64,000 nt of DNA from Epithemia pelagica (taxonomy: Eukaryota > Protista > Bacillariophyta): the NCBI GenBank assembly GCA_946965045.2, contig OX337233.1:3797473-3861472 (forward strand), in the 5' to 3' direction. Numbering within the stretch: position 1 is the stretch's first letter; the number at the start of each line of letters is the position of its first letter. The notes under the pieces were generated by a model that had not been told where the DNA came from, searched no databases, and was given only the letters and a program-made list of their open reading frames with translations. Shown here one piece after another: positions 34,501-47,263 of this stretch. Both the position numbers and the translations under genes were made by a program.

Positions 34501-37122
34501 AGCATTGGAAGGATGAGGATGAAAGTCGGGATAGGCCAAGGGATTGACATCGCGTTCCGTGAAATAGGCCGACGATGTCTTGGAAAAGGCCGTGGACGGA
34601 GACGATGGCAAATCATCTTCCAAATATCCACCTCCCGGCTGTTGTGGTTTGCCCCAATGACGTCCATTGGCCAAGGTCATGGTTCGAGAAGGCAGGGGTG
34701 CAGCCTTGAAATTGTGATTGTGATCACGATGGTGCTCCATATCTTGCTCTTGTTGTTGTTCGTGACCAAAGTCCATTTCGTCCTTCTTGTTGTTGTCGGC
34801 ATGTAAATAGTGTTGTTGTTGCTGTTGTTGTCGACTACTGCGCAATCGGCGCCGCAAGAGAGCACCACCAGCACTTCGAGTCGGCACCCGATCGGGGTCA
34901 TTGTCATTGTCGTCGTCTGGTGGTTGGTGGTCGAGGGATTCACGTTCGCACCGAGCACTGGACAAGGATTGACGCAACCGTCGAGCCGGCGAAGAAGCAT
35001 TCGAGCTCATACGAGCCATGCCGTCGTCGTCGTCCGTGTGGGTCGTTTCCGGGTACCCCACAGCCGACCGAGGAGCTTGGGGCGATGGTGTCACGACTGC
35101 ATGATGAGGATGATGAGGATGAGGATGGTGGTGATGGGTCGTTGCCGTTTGCTGGGGCGTACTGGTACTGGGAACACTTCTACTCGTCATTGTGGGAGCA
35201 CCGGGTGCCGACGATAACGTTTCTTCTTCGGATTGCAAGGCTACCAACTTGCCTCGTCGATCTTGTGTGCCAGGCCATCCCACGTAGGCACTGCTCCCAC
35301 TCGTACTGGACGCGGTACGACCCACCGGTTCGACGGGTTCGTCGTCGTCATCATCATGAGTATAGTGGTGGTCGTCGTCGTCCTGATCATGTTTGTGGTC
35401 CTGTACCTCCTGTTTCGTGGCGTCATGATCGTAGGAGTCGTCGTCGTCGTCGTCTTCTTCTTTTCGCTTGGAACGGTCCTCCGGCTGGTTGGAGTCCTTC
35501 CATGCTTGTGCTTCCTCTACTTGTCGTGCTTTTTCATTCTTCTTATGATTCTCGTCCTCTGGATTCGTCGTTGGGACTGTACTAGGCGTGATGTTGTAGT
35601 GGGACCGTCGTCGCGGGAGTCGATTGTAGGGACTCGTGGCTGGACTAATGGGTCGTTGGGGTCGTGGCGGAGAGGAGGGTTTGCCCGATCCGGCAAAGAG
35701 TGAGGCCAATCGTGACACTCGCGAGGACGACGACAAGGACGATCGAGTCGGTGTGGTGGAACGTCGTACGGGTTGTGCCTGTTGTGGAGGTTGTGGAGAA
35801 ACAATGTCGGGATGCTCTTGCGGTGGCAGTTCCAAAGTGTCCTGGTCCTCGGTCTCGTTGTGTTCCAAAGGACGAGCAGCAGGGTCCCATTCGGATTGTT
35901 GTGGTTGTTGCTCGTCATCTTCTTCCTCCATGTCGACTTGGTGTGCCAAGGGACGGTGATGATAATGTTGTTGTTTGGAGGCGAGGGGTGATTTGGGTCG
36001 ATGGTGGCGTGACAAGAGAGATCGTGGCGATTTGGGACGATGATTGGTGTTGCTGGGCGATTTGGGTCGTTTCAAAAAAGCCATGGGTGATTTGGGACGT
36101 GGCGATTTGGGACGATTCTCCGAATGTGAAGGCGATCGTTTCAAGGAGGCCACAGCCGATTGCAACAAGGAGGAAGTCGTCGTTGTCGTAGTAGTTCCAC
36201 CCGGACCCAAAATGACACTGGCACTGCCCGAGGCATGAGGAGGATTGGGAGTGCTATTATGGTTGGCAAGTGATTTCCGACCACTCTGTTGTTGTTGTTG
36301 TTGTTTGCGCAATTGCTTGTATTGTCGTGCCCGATGGGCCATGCTGGTGGATGCGACCGACACGACGGACCGAGGGCGTGATACGGCATGAGACTGGGGC
36401 GAGTGGGGTGGTGATGGCTGCTCCTCTTCTTGCATCAGACCATCTTCCTTTTTCTCTTCCCTCCATTGCGGTTCTGCATCCTTGTCATCGTCTTGATCCC
36501 ACGAGGCACCGGGAGAAGAGGAGGATAGGGCGGGCAAGAATTGAACGGCGCCTTGTTCCGGTGACAATTCCTTGTCATTGTGTTGTTGTTGCGGAGTATC
36601 CTCAAAGTGCGACACGTGGTGTCCTCGGTGTCGCTGCGCTTGCAATCGTCTGGGTCCTCGTTCATCGTCGTCGTCCTCGTCTTCTTCTTGTGGTGGTTTG
36701 GCAAAGGGATCCGAGGGTCTTCGGCGTCGCAGGGAATGACTGGCGGCCAAACGAGAATGAGGTTTCAACAAAGAAGAAGAATTGGAGTGCTGGCGTGGTT
36801 CGGTCGGTGAAGTGGGAGGCGACGACGACGAAAAGGCCAGAGCCGAAACATGGGGATCGCCTTGTTCCATCCATCTTGTTGTTGTTGCTGCTTCTTGTGG
36901 TTGTGGCTGTTGTTGTGGTTGTCGCAAATCGACATCCAAATCCACCAAGTTGCGTCCTCGTCGTTCGAGTGGATAGTGTTCAGGTTCTTGTTCTTCTTCC
37001 TGGTCCGGCCAGGCTGTAAAGTCCTCCGGAGGAACATGATGCGATTGTGATTGTGATTGTTGCTGTTGCGAATGCCGTCGTTGATGATATTGGGCGGCCG
37101 CTGCCAACAATCGACGAGACAT
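31555..37122 (-). CDS. 1855-aa mostly disordered protein with an ordered C-terminal domain and coiled coil; function unknown
   Basis: Uninterrupted 5.5-kb ORF with Q/H/D/S-rich low complexity. An ordered block (KAFALLEMRSRIMEKD...RIRDAVIVAKAWRDGASPKD...GFEMFTIGDCQSILLKLT) is followed by heptad-rich sequence. Confidence 0.8.
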   Translation of the reverse strand: MSRRLLAAAAQYHQRRHSQQQQSQSQSHHVPPEDFTAWPDQEEEQEPEHYPLERRGRNLVDLDVDLRQPQQQPQPQEAATTTRWMEQGDPHVSALAFSSSSPPTSPTEPRQHSNSSSLLKPHSRLAASHSLRRRRPSDPFAKPPQEEDEDDDDERGPRRLQAQRHRGHHVSHFEDTPQQQHNDKELSPEQGAVQFLPALSSSSPGASWDQDDDKDAEPQWREEKKEDGLMQEEEQPSPPHSPQSHAVSRPRSVVSVASTSMAHRARQYKQLRKQQQQQQSGRKSLANHNSTPNPPHASGSASVILGPGGTTTTTTTSSLLQSAVASLKRSPSHSENRPKSPRPKSPMAFLKRPKSPSNTNHRPKSPRSLLSRHHRPKSPLASKQQHYHHRPLAHQVDMEEEDDEQQPQQSEWDPAARPLEHNETEDQDTLELPPQEHPDIVSPQPPQQAQPVRRSTTPTRSSLSSSSRVSRLASLFAGSGKPSSPPRPQRPISPATSPYNRLPRRRSHYNITPSTVPTTNPEDENHKKNEKARQVEEAQAWKDSNQPEDRSKRKEEDDDDDDSYDHDATKQEVQDHKHDQDDDDHHYTHDDDDDEPVEPVGRTASSTSGSSAYVGWPGTQDRRGKLVALQSEEETLSSAPGAPTMTSRSVPSTSTPQQTATTHHHHPHPHHPHHAVVTPSPQAPRSAVGYPETTHTDDDDGMARMSSNASSPARRLRQSLSSARCERESLDHQPPDDDNDNDPDRVPTRSAGGALLRRRLRSSRQQQQQQHYLHADNNKKDEMDFGHEQQQEQDMEHHRDHNHNFKAAPLPSRTMTLANGRHWGKPQQPGGGYLEDDLPSSPSTAFSKTSSAYFTERDVNPLAYPDFHPHPSNAAGGPPFLPHMASTSATGLSSSFNPYGGGGASQGRSMSEAAAASVLRSQQQHYPQQHYSQEPQGHSNVPSITAESLAANNHWAPPHRTYSAGSKGFRGLLDKTQDFPALMDLNDSDNSSRGNSSHTSRQTHAESDVFDGIATNPMTLMEEPNTTNAASSGPNGNATTNPQGSNANNPATHLLQQPHKFVRSNSRIKKAHYPEAIAEEQEDAALLSPVATKESRSNDEEPHQDDMDEEGGNFTSLHSDQDQYKMVLLGGGLTAIQSSAMGYVSRQTPSDYDEALSTSEVESNGFTRTPSVAEMMNAGKRGSDAAVLVDSKGSSSIPSHHFAPSNDDEDDNNNHHSLAHRHHSRGNNEKSYRQHHYQHPHEDIDRYEEEDDDVDDDEGSEEDSIDPYSDGTSVVQSPRSSRLAKYYVEPDHMKKLLRVYRQLSDRITRKVNLTEFERLEDENKAFALLEMRSRIMEKDMERGLERRGGTVVVDDLVLTAYNRTAHRIRDAVIVAKAWRDGASPKDVVNTALLTRRPERTYFIRRPLHPHHSHRHHSSASSVVSGFSTLSSGGHNSSRHFWEAVKWIDDTDFMLYRCPSLGPRNLRGFEMFTIGDCQSILLKLTNERCAELRKALNIATKEQLVAEELMKEEEADADNGFMTESEMAYLSAMEKVKTVSKQLVVAEQAFTLVRDRIEKLIAKYEALLVRIENDTSVCGASSVVTYESSLYTDHDEEREAQMWARRAKRAELKAEVAAREALMARQEADWIRQESQQELERVQLKLAELQSEASTAISQREHKAVFENLPTPASAVAQRPPPSRPSANDAFGKTSHQARSLETTHNQVPPGTAPSATGTQPIDQQKIEGVKQRFRDRMAAKKKQTPTSPQPSMDYPVPGTSNSVRPHNRLASSSLLSSSMPSHNKNIPPPPSRSHSHNPHAGRHASLAPRGSTGGTSQTSGSSGIPKHLARAAGEEMFSHLDFYERSLKAVQEASF

Positions 37123-38380
37123 GATGACAATCCAAAAAGAAGAAGACGAGAGTGCAACTTAGGAACGACGATTGGATGAATCCAGTACGACCACAACTGG
37201 CCAAGAGAAGCACGGTTGGCTTGTGGTGTGTTGTTGTTGTTGTGTGGTGGTGGTGGTGGTGGTGGTGGTGGTGATGGTCTATGGTGGTTCCCTCACGCTC
37301 GTCCGTCCGTTTGGGATTCTTCTTGTGTGCCGTTGTGTTGAGCAACTGGCGGTCCGCCACGTTTTCTGTTGTGCAGCAGCACAAGAAGGCTTTGGGTGGT
37401 GGAAACAGTGTTGGTGTGTGGTGCACTGGATTGTGCAACGGCAGCCCCAACTCACACTACTAGGTAGGGACAACGACTGCGGCTGTGTGGCAAGGTCCAA
37501 AATGACCCACCGCCACGCGTGAAAGAAAAGAGGAGCCGTTGGAGAGACAATGCGCTTGGTGTATCACGCAAACAGTCGGAGAATTACTCGCACTCTCTCG
37601 ATAACTCTTGTCCAATTACACGAACGGATCTGGTTCGTGTAGAAAGAGAGAGAGAGCAGCAGCAGTACAACGAAAATAGAAGCAAGGACCACAGAAAACG
37701 GTCGTTGATGTAGTTCGGCTTGGATGGAGACTTGGATGCAGGGACGACTCCTCTCTCTCTCGAGCTCGAGAGTATGTGTTCTGTGAGTACGCGCACTCCT
37801 CTGCGGCTGCGCGACCGTATATCCTTACAAAATAGTTGAGTCTTGTGTGGGAATCGAGAGTCCTACGCCTGGACGGGAACGATCGATTCCGTTTCTGTTA
37901 TAATTAAAATATTCTTTGAATCCACGCGCTGGAAAGTACCGAAACGTGTCTGCAGGATCGGCACGACATGCGTTGCGATTCGTGCCGTCGCAACGCTTTG
38001 GATTGGGACAGAATGGCTGGCGTTTGTACACTCGGGACTCCGCACCATGGGTGGTGCGCCACAGCAATACACGCGCGTAAACCTCTCGGTCGTTTGCAGC
38101 CAAAACCGCGAGCGAAAAAGGATAACAGACAGACGATCATAGCCCAGTTCCTTAATGGATATACTATCTACTATCCTGACTTGGGACTGGACCATCCGGT
38201 AGACTAGCTAGAGCTAGCTAGGTGTTCGCCATCTTTTGAGTCGCTTTTTGGTCTTTAAGTCAAATAATCTTTTCGTCGCTGTCGGCAGCAGTGGCATGGA
38301 GGAATGGAGAACAAGTTTCGTCGGCGTCGTCGTCATCGTCATCGTCTTCTGCTGGTGCTACTTTCTTGACAGGTCGCTTA

Positions 38381-41300
38381 ATGAAAGGCCCTTCATCGCG
38401 TCGTCGACGTCGGCCGTGGTACTCCAAAGGGTATGCTCGCTATGGATGTTGCCTTGGTGGTTCGGTCGTCTTGTACTTTGTAGTCACCACCACGTGGTTG
38501 CACTGGTCCATTTCCTTTCAACAACAACAGCACAAGCAGCACCCTCCTTCCTTGTCCGCACCAATCAAACATCCGCATGAGCGCCACAAGAGACCATTGC
38601 CGAAGGACAATTACCACCAAAAGGAGGCACCTTCTCGCTTCGAACCCACACAACTATCGAACAAGACGCCGTTTCAATCCAAACAAGAGAATGCTGCAAT
38701 AGTAGACAAGGCCGAGACGGTAGCAAAAGATGATCCGAGGCCGCACATCTTGCCCGAATCAGGTTTGGAACCATTTGCTTCTCAACTCTTGGTGGATTTT
38801 GGAGGTTCCTTCTTGTCGGAATCGGAATGGGAGTGGGTCTTCCAATCCACAAGTCGCAATTTGCGCTTGCAATCGCCCGAATCCTCCTCGTGGCGTCGCT
38901 CCTTGACGGCCTATTTGGAAGCGCCCTTTACGCATTATGTAGCGGGCAAGGTTGGATCACGAGGCAATTTGTCTCATGTCGATACGGCCAAGGATCAGGA
39001 TTTGGGCGAGCCGCCGGAATTTGTCAAGCCCTTGCCCTTACGAACGCAAACACCACAAGACTTGGAGCGACACGTTTATCCTCGGATTCAAACCTGTCAC
39101 GATGTACCGGGTGGATTTCCGACCGACGCAGGGTTGCAATGGAATGTCCAACTCCAACGCATGGTTCCGGTCCAGTCCAATGTGTATGGACCCAAAGAGC
39201 CGCTGTCACCGACTTGGTTGGAAGATTCGCTACCCTATTGTCCCGTCGATCGGGATCCCTTTTTGCCCTGGATTCACGATGTCTTTCCCAATGACCAGGG
39301 GACTGTCATTCATGTCTTGGCACAAAACAAGCGAAAATGTCGGACTGGCATTCAGGATTCCGAGGTGGTGAACCGTCTCACACCCCAAGTGGCCTTGATG
39401 CAAGCCGTATCGGTCGAACGCATTTCTCAATCCTTGGCACAGCAGCTGGCACCGTCGCTCTGGAACAAGAACTCCGACACTGGCAGCAACAACAATAATA
39501 CTTTAGCTACGATCGAACCTCCTCGCTATCGTTTGATTGGTCGCGACCAGGTTCGAGTGGGGGAGAATCATACACGATTTGTGTGTCGATTCACCATGCG
39601 CCATGCCACGAATTTGTCTCGTACCTGGCTGGTGGGGGAGACTCTCTCTACCTATGCCTTTGATTACGAATATGCCGCCTATCGCAAAAATCCCCTGGGT
39701 CCCTATTACTTGCTGACCCCCAAGGGGAAGGATACCAAACTCTTTTGGACCTCCCATATCCAATTCCAATGCCCCGTGCCGAATAGTACCGCCTTGCAAT
39801 CACGAATCGCTCAAGGACGACACGTCTTGCAGCAGCAGCAACAACAAGAGGCATCTGAAGCAACCCTGGATGCGGCAACCACCACCACTGCCAATAGTAC
39901 TTCCTTGCCCTGGTGGCATGGGATTCCCCTCTTGTATGTCGATGTGATTCCGATTCGTACCACGGTTCGCTATCGCCAACATTATTTGGATCCCTCGTGG
40001 ATTGGTCCTTCCGACTCGGCATCGACGCGGTCCATGAATCCCACGCTGGAATGGGGATCGCAGGGTCATGTCGTACCGCAGGTCGAGGCCAGTGGACGAT
40101 GGACGAATATACCAATCTGTTTGCCACCGCACTTGCCCAGTCTAGAACGTCCGAGGAAACCTCCTTTGGGAACAACGACAATGACAACGACTACCACCCA
40201 AACGACGGGTGGTGAACCATCGGACAAGACCATTACCGACGATGATGCTCCACTCCTCGCGGAACCACCACCAACGCCGAAACGTGACCTCGTTCGAACC
40301 TCCACCCAAGAGCAACCATTGTCCAATTCACACATAAGCAAAATTGTCCCTCGTACCAACAAGAAATATTTCTTGTCGGCCTGTTTGTGGGCGTCGGCCG
40401 AATTTGAAACACGTGGATTGCGACAGGCCAGTCAAGGGGGTGGGATTGGGGGAAGAGCCACCACGGATACCGCGGTACGATTAATCGAATGGCTGGAATT
40501 TCATTTGTTGGTGGGTGTGGAGCACTTTTTTATTTACGACAATACCGGTGCCCATACCAATGCCACCTCCTTGTATCCGCTCTTGTTCCCTGCCTTTGCA
40601 CATGTCGTGACCTATGTGGAATGGCCCAGTCAAGTCTGCAACAACAATATTCCCGCAGCCGACTCCACGGGGGAACGATCGACCCAATATGCGGCGGAAA
40701 ATTCTTGTCGGACACGGTACGCACCACAAACCGAATGGCTCATTTCCTTTGACACGGATGAATACATTGTACCCATGGGACATCACCGCAGTCTTCATAC
40801 CATGTTGCAACAAGCGCATGATGAAACGGATATGCGAATCTTGTCCTTGCGGTCATCCCGAGGCCATTTGCGTGTGGATCAATCCTTTGCGGTTGGTTCG
40901 GGGCGCAAACGATTTCCCAATACCACATTTTTGCAAGCCTACAATTGCGATTCGGCGGGCAGTCCCAAACCAGAATGGGCCGAACGAGCTCGGAAACAAG
41001 TGTATCAAGCCGACTATGTCTTGTATCATTTTGTCCATTATTCCACCGTTACACAAGGTTATATGGATCGCTACATTGATTCACCTACCTCGTATCGAGT
41101 TCATTTTCGAGATCATGCTCCAACGGAACGAACGGCCAATGAGTTTACCGAAGCGGTTTTGGTTCATACCAAGACTGTCAAGTACGATCAAAGTACGTTC
41201 CTTGTGTGTCTTTTGTTCTGTCTCGTTTCGTGTATCGGTTGTGTGCATGTGGTTTGTGCGTATTGTCATTTTGGTGTCGTGAGAGAGCAACTGTGGCCAT

Positions 41301-41735
41301 TGGTTGCCTTGCATTGCTCGATCAGAAATGAGAGTGCGATGGAACTCTATCTGGAAATGTCTTGTCACTAATTTGCTTCTCTGTTTCCTCGTCTCATCTA
41401 TACGATATTGTTGACGCTTCATGCTCCTTGGACGAACCTTTTTTTTCCATTTCGCAATCGACCATCCAGCTAAAAACTACATGACACGCTGTATGTACAA
41501 CTGGACCAAGAAATGGCAAGGCTGTTTGGTTGGCTTTCCTTGGCCAGCGAATGCTACCAACAAGGACAAACACAGGCAGACCTATGATCCCCAAACGGGC
41601 ATGGATTACAACTGCTACGTCAATGAGAAGCTTGAAACCCTTTGGATTCCCAAATTGAAACAAGCCTTGCGTGAACGACATGAAGCCTTTCCACAATTGA
41701 CGACGCAAGTCCGCCAAGTCGGCCGTGGTCAATAA
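38381..41735 (+). CDS. Type II membrane protein with a C-terminal GT92/DUF23-like glycosyltransferase domain; join(38381..41192,41470..41735)
   Basis: A TM segment follows the basic N-terminus. Motifs LSACLWAS, LIEWLEFHLLVGVEHFFIYDN and WLISFDTDEYIVP are present, and a phase-1 GT-AG intron joins the last exon. The start codon is uncertain. Confidence 0.75.
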
Positions 41736-42057
41736 CAGCGTGATCCAATATAAAGTCTTTGGTTTTGATCCATTCATTCCGGTACCAGCGATATCGGCAC
41801 ATCATCACCAGTCTCAACCAACGCCAGACACTGCTGGCTTTGAAGGTGGCGGTACAGTCTACAGTCTCCTCGTGGTGGAGTCCATGAAGCGTAGCCATAT
41901 ATAAAAAGCACACCATTGGACCAAGAAAGTTACTTAGAGTAAAGACACACAAAGCTAATACATGTTTCTCTCATCTCCATGACCCGTCGCTGTAAGTTTC
42001 TGGGGGACATGGCAGTCTGAATTCCACAGCAACACTAACAATTCACAAGCCTATTGC

Positions 42058-45000
42058 TTAGTCCAATTTCTTGCCCTCATCGGAGAGAGGATCAATCGCA
42101 GATTCGCGATCCAACAGATAGAAAATTCGACCGGCGCTAGTTTTCACTTCGCCACTGTCCGAAACATCTTGGAAAGCAGTGCCCAATCCAAAGAGAGCAA
42201 AGAGGACCGCAAAGTTGGCAATAAGGAAATCATTGAACCCATAGTCATCAGGGAAGGTAAACAAGAGCCAACCTCCGAACCACAGTTGAAGTCCGTTAAT
42301 CCACTGCTGGATGAACTGAGATAGACCACTAGTCACTCCACCCGTGAAAGATTCCATTACGTGGTTAGGTTCGGAGGTCGTCAAGGCTCTTTCATAGTCT
42401 GCAAATCGTTGTTCCTCCAGGTTCAGTGCGGAGACAGTTCTCATGTTCAAGAGTGTTTCGACGAGGACGCCACCAGGGCTGTTCAATTCGTCGGCAGAAT
42501 CTACGCCGTCATCAGATCCTAGCATTTGTTTCATCTCGATGGATGTGGCGAACCCCATTAAAGGAACACATCCAATTGCGAGCAAAGCGAACGGCCACAT
42601 GAACTAGAGCAAAAGACAATCACGGTCAGATACATCCACACATCAAACCGACTTCGTAGTTTCTAGTGGCACGTACGATAAAGGAAAGCGTTACACCCGT
42701 GACCACCGAAGCACAAGCAACAACAAAGGCTCTCACTGGTTCTCCCGAAAAGGCATGGAGACGTGCTGCATCATCTTGTAACTGTGAAGTGAGACTTCCC
42801 ACACTGTGTTTGTCTTCACAAAGTATGTTCCACCGTGAGTTTACATGGACCAAAGCGATGGCGATGGAATCAAGGTGAAAAAACTTACCAAAGAATGTAA
42901 CTTCTTGACGTAGCAGAGATGTAAACGTATCATCCCTAACTCTCTTATTCAGACGTTCACTGGCCATTCCGAAGCCCCAAAACGTCAGAATGTTTCCAAC
43001 AATGCATATAACAAACAAAGCTCCCCAAAAAATGGCAACCAGGAACGACCGCTCACGCATGTCGTCGGCAGTGTCCTGCCAATAATCTTCACAAGTCGCA
43101 AAATTGTCAGGAACACTGCCTTCTTCACATCGTTCAACGCGTACAAACAGTAAATCAATCGTTTCAGAGAAAATGACACCCCACAACGGGAACACCCCAC
43201 CTGCCATGACGGCGCCAACAATCCCAACAAGCATGTAACTGGTGTCGGGACTAGCAAGGTTTCGAGCACGTTTCATGTTGAACGCTTCTTCCTGTTGAGT
43301 CTTTTCTTCTGCCTCCCAATCGTGCTTACTATCTTCCCCTTCCTCTGTCACTGTGGATACTTGACTCTTCCGTAAACCCTTTGTATCAACGGTTGTACGA
43401 CGCTTCGAAGATTCGGTGAGTCGACGGTATTGTCCATCATCTTTTTCCATCAATTCGTCATGAGCACCAAATTCGACCAGTCTTCCGTCTGCAATCACAG
43501 CGATCTTGTCAGCACCGCGGATAGTGGACAGTCGATGCGCAATCATAAGAACCGTGTGTTCGCGTGACAGTACCAGCTTATCAATAGCAGCTTGAACAAT
43601 TGCCTCTGACTCGTTGTCCTGAACGACCAGTGAAGCATCGAATGATTAAATGTAAGACAGCCGTGGAAAATTGCGACATCTTCGAACAAGACGTACCAAT
43701 GCTGAGGTGGCTTCGTCAAGAAGCAAGACCTTGGGCTTTCGGACCAAAGCGCGGGCTGTGGATAGCGAAATGAGTTCATGTAAACTTTTTCAAGCACAAC
43801 TGAACGACGATATCCTACTCTTACCGATTGCAATCCGTTGCTTTTGTCCTCCACTGAGAGCAGTTTTCTCCCCAAGCTGAGTATCTGAAAGAGCGACCGT
43901 CGTAAGAGATGAAAGAAACAATCACAGCTGAGCCATCACAAACCACATACCATATCCATCAGAAAATTCCATCACGAAATCATGAGCATTTGCCTCTCGA
44001 CAAGCATTCTCAATTTCTTCTCGAGTGACTCCCTCTGTTCCGTAAGCAACGTTGGCAGCAATTGTGTCATTGAAGAGAGTCGGTTCTTGACCAACGTAAC
44101 CAATCTGACTGCGGTACCAAGCAACATTAAGGCTCTTCAGGTCGTGTCCCAGGTATTCGACACTACCTTCATTCGGATCGTAAAATCTCTCCAAAAGTCC
44201 AACCTTCAAACAGTAAAGAAAATATTGCAAGATTAGACACAAAAAATGCTCCGACGTGACAAAAATCCGCAGGGATGCTTACGGTCGTGCTTTTGCCTCC
44301 TCCGCTGGGTCCAACAAGGGCGATTGTGGCACCTTGTGGGATAACCAAATTGAACTTGCTGAGAATGATCTTGTTTGCACGGGTCGGATAGGAGAAGGTG
44401 ACGTTGCGAAAGGCAATGTGAGGAACAGACCCGGTTACTTTCTCCTCATCACCCATTCGAAGTACCACGGAGTCCATTTTGGACAGGTTTGATGAGCTTG
44501 GATTGCGAGACGGTGGATTAGAGGGCGCGTTTGAATCATCATCCTTGCCTTCTTGCTTATCAACAAGACGTCGATAGTAGCTTTCCGTGGCCATGAGTTC
44601 ATCATGACTCCCGTTCTCAACAACTTTGCCTGCGACGATTACATTGATAACATCGGCATTGCGTATAGTAGAAAGCCGATGTGCTATGACAATAGTTGTG
44701 ATCTTCTTTTGCTCCAAGATATTGTTGAGTGCGTCCTGAACAACAAGCTCAGATTCCGCGTCCAAAGCACTTCGAGAATAATAGTTAGCAACAATTCTCG
44801 CATGTTGTCATAAAATTGGTGGAAACCTTACCTCGTTGCCTCATCAAGTAAAAGCATTTTCGGGTTCCCCACAAGTACTCGGGCAATAGCAATTCGCTGC
44901 TTTTGTCCTCCTGCAAAAATGAACGTTCAATATGAGACAATTTCTAGTGTGCAGTGAAGGCATGAACAGAAAAATAGTCAGGCACCACAACTTACCGGAA

Positions 45001-47263
45001 AGTTGACTTCCTTTGTCGCCGACCTGTGTATCGTACCTAGGGAGATTTGGGTAAGTTCACAGCACAAACGAGATGAACGCAACATACAGGGAAACTTACC
45101 CTTCTGGAAAAGCTGAGATAAAGTCATGTGCATTCGCAAGCCTTGCCGCTTCTTCAATGTCTTTATCGGTTGCATCAGGATTTCCGTATCGAATATTACC
45201 ACGAATGCTCGTAGCAAACAATGTTGGCTCTTGTCCAACGTACCCAATGATTGACCTCAGATATTTCACATTGAATTCTTTGATATTCTTTCCATCCAGA
45301 TAAATCGCGCCAGATTTGGGGTCGTAGAAACGTTCAATGAGAGCAATTGTTGAAGACTTCCCGCCTCCGCTCGGACCAACAAAGGCGACGGTGCTACCTG
45401 GTTGAATATCTACCGACAGGCCGTTCAGCACTGGGTCGTTGGGGCGAGTTGGATAGCAGAATTCGACGTTCTGGAAAGAAATGGCCCCTTTGATATCTGC
45501 AGGTTTCAGTCCATCAGGAGAGGAAACATCAATTTCAAACTTGGGTAGAATCGCTTTGATTGGCTTTGACAGACCATCTTCGTCCAAGCCAAATGGAGCG
45601 CTTCGGCCAAGTTCGGACAATGCAAGAGATCGAGAAGCATCTGTCGTTTTCTGTTTGTCGCGTTTGCTTCGGCGAGAGTGTGTAGTGTTTCCAAGGTCGT
45701 CGCCCTCGTCATCTTCTTTGAAGATAATTTCTTCTTTTGCACCTGGTTTACGTCGAATTGCCTGCAGTGCGTCGAATACTGCAATCCGCGCAGCAGTAAA
45801 GGCTTCACTCGCATTGCCAAACTGTGACATCCCTTGTCCAGCAAACGCTACACCAAGCATTGCTCCAAAAACGTCAGGACCGGCACTATCGCAAGTTGCA
45901 TTGTCTGAAACACCATCACTCGGGTCACATCCGGTCTCCTCAACATCCTTGTACAACAGAGATGAACCATACAACGTAAGAGCCGCATAGAGGAGGAGAA
46001 ACGTGCCCAACATAGAACCTGAAAGAACACCGTGATTGTTGAAACATGAGGCAAAGCTTAAAGCGACAAAGAAAGAAACGAAAAGTTGATTCAAGTCGTA
46101 CCATTGGCCAAGCCAATCTTCACAAGAAAGGACGTGGCAAGATCATAGGCTTCGCTTGTCGCTTGTTTGTACCGACGGACCATCTCAGCTACACCATTCA
46201 GCGAAAGGACGGTACGAATCGCGGAGATGGTGGAATATGCGACGCTGCTTCCCGTCTTGTATGATTCGGCCGCCCGCTTCCCCTTGGTTTGATTGTAATG
46301 CACTGTATAGGAGGCTGCAATGGCAACGAAAGGGAGAACTGTCAAAATTACCAGGGCCACACGCCACGATGCCCAAAAGGCATAGGCCAAGCCGCCAATG
46401 CATGTCGTTCCAAACTGAATACCTTCTCCAAACTTTCGACCAATCCCCCGACGATACTTATTGGCGGCAGGCCCAATCTGTCCTGCCATACCACCAATGT
46501 CGCGAACATCTAACGAACCACAGCAACCAGAGGAATTACAATGAGATTACTGAATAGAGGCAGGATTTTCCAACTCTGTAACAGTTCTGAAATACTTACC
46601 AAAGTAGGCAGGGTCTTGTCGCAGCAAAGCTCGAAACCACTGCAAACGAAAGGCATGCGAGCCATGATAGGCCACGGTTGCAAAACACCATCCCTGTACG
46701 GTTGCCCAAATCAGTGCGTAAGTGCCAATAATCATAAAGGTATAGGCCAACTCTCGAACTTGACTGAGGCCTTCGTTTCCTGCCGCCGAAATATCCGAAA
46801 AAGCACTACTAAACATGTAGGCCAACATTGGATAGACAAGACCGTTGAGAATTCCAGCAAACAAACCAAGGGCAAACAAGAACTTGACACGAGGACCGCA
46901 CCCCATGACAAAGGAGAGAGTTTCGCCAATGGACGCCATTTTCTTTTCGTCCTTCTTCTTCCTGCTGGCATCGGTGTTGGCCTTGGACGGAGTCGAATGA
47001 ATGGTGTCCTCCATCCGCTCCGTCATTCGACCAGAGGTTATCTGATCTTTATTCTTGTCCATGAGTCCAAAGTATGCTTTGTTTGTCAATCCACGACGAC
47101 TTTTTATGTTCTCAGCTGTTGAATGAGAGATATCGAATGTTGATGTTTGTTTCCCAACCTGCGGTGGCGAGTGGCACGACCTTCCGCCTGCCGGTGTCGA
47201 TGTCCAATCGCACTGCGCGCGTTTGGGTTTTGGACGTTTTGTGGACGTATCATTCAGTCCCAC
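42058..47263 (-). CDS. Multi-exon ABCB (MDR/P-glycoprotein-like) transporter with domain order TMD-NBD-NBD-TMD
   Basis: Two Walker A motifs (GPSGGGKS), two QEP loops, two [13 protein letters not shown] signatures (one intron-split), two LLLDEATS and two IAHRLST motifs are present. TMD1 is at ~46950-45800 and TMD2 at ~43270-42100. The first in-frame ATG is at 47062. Confidence 0.92.
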
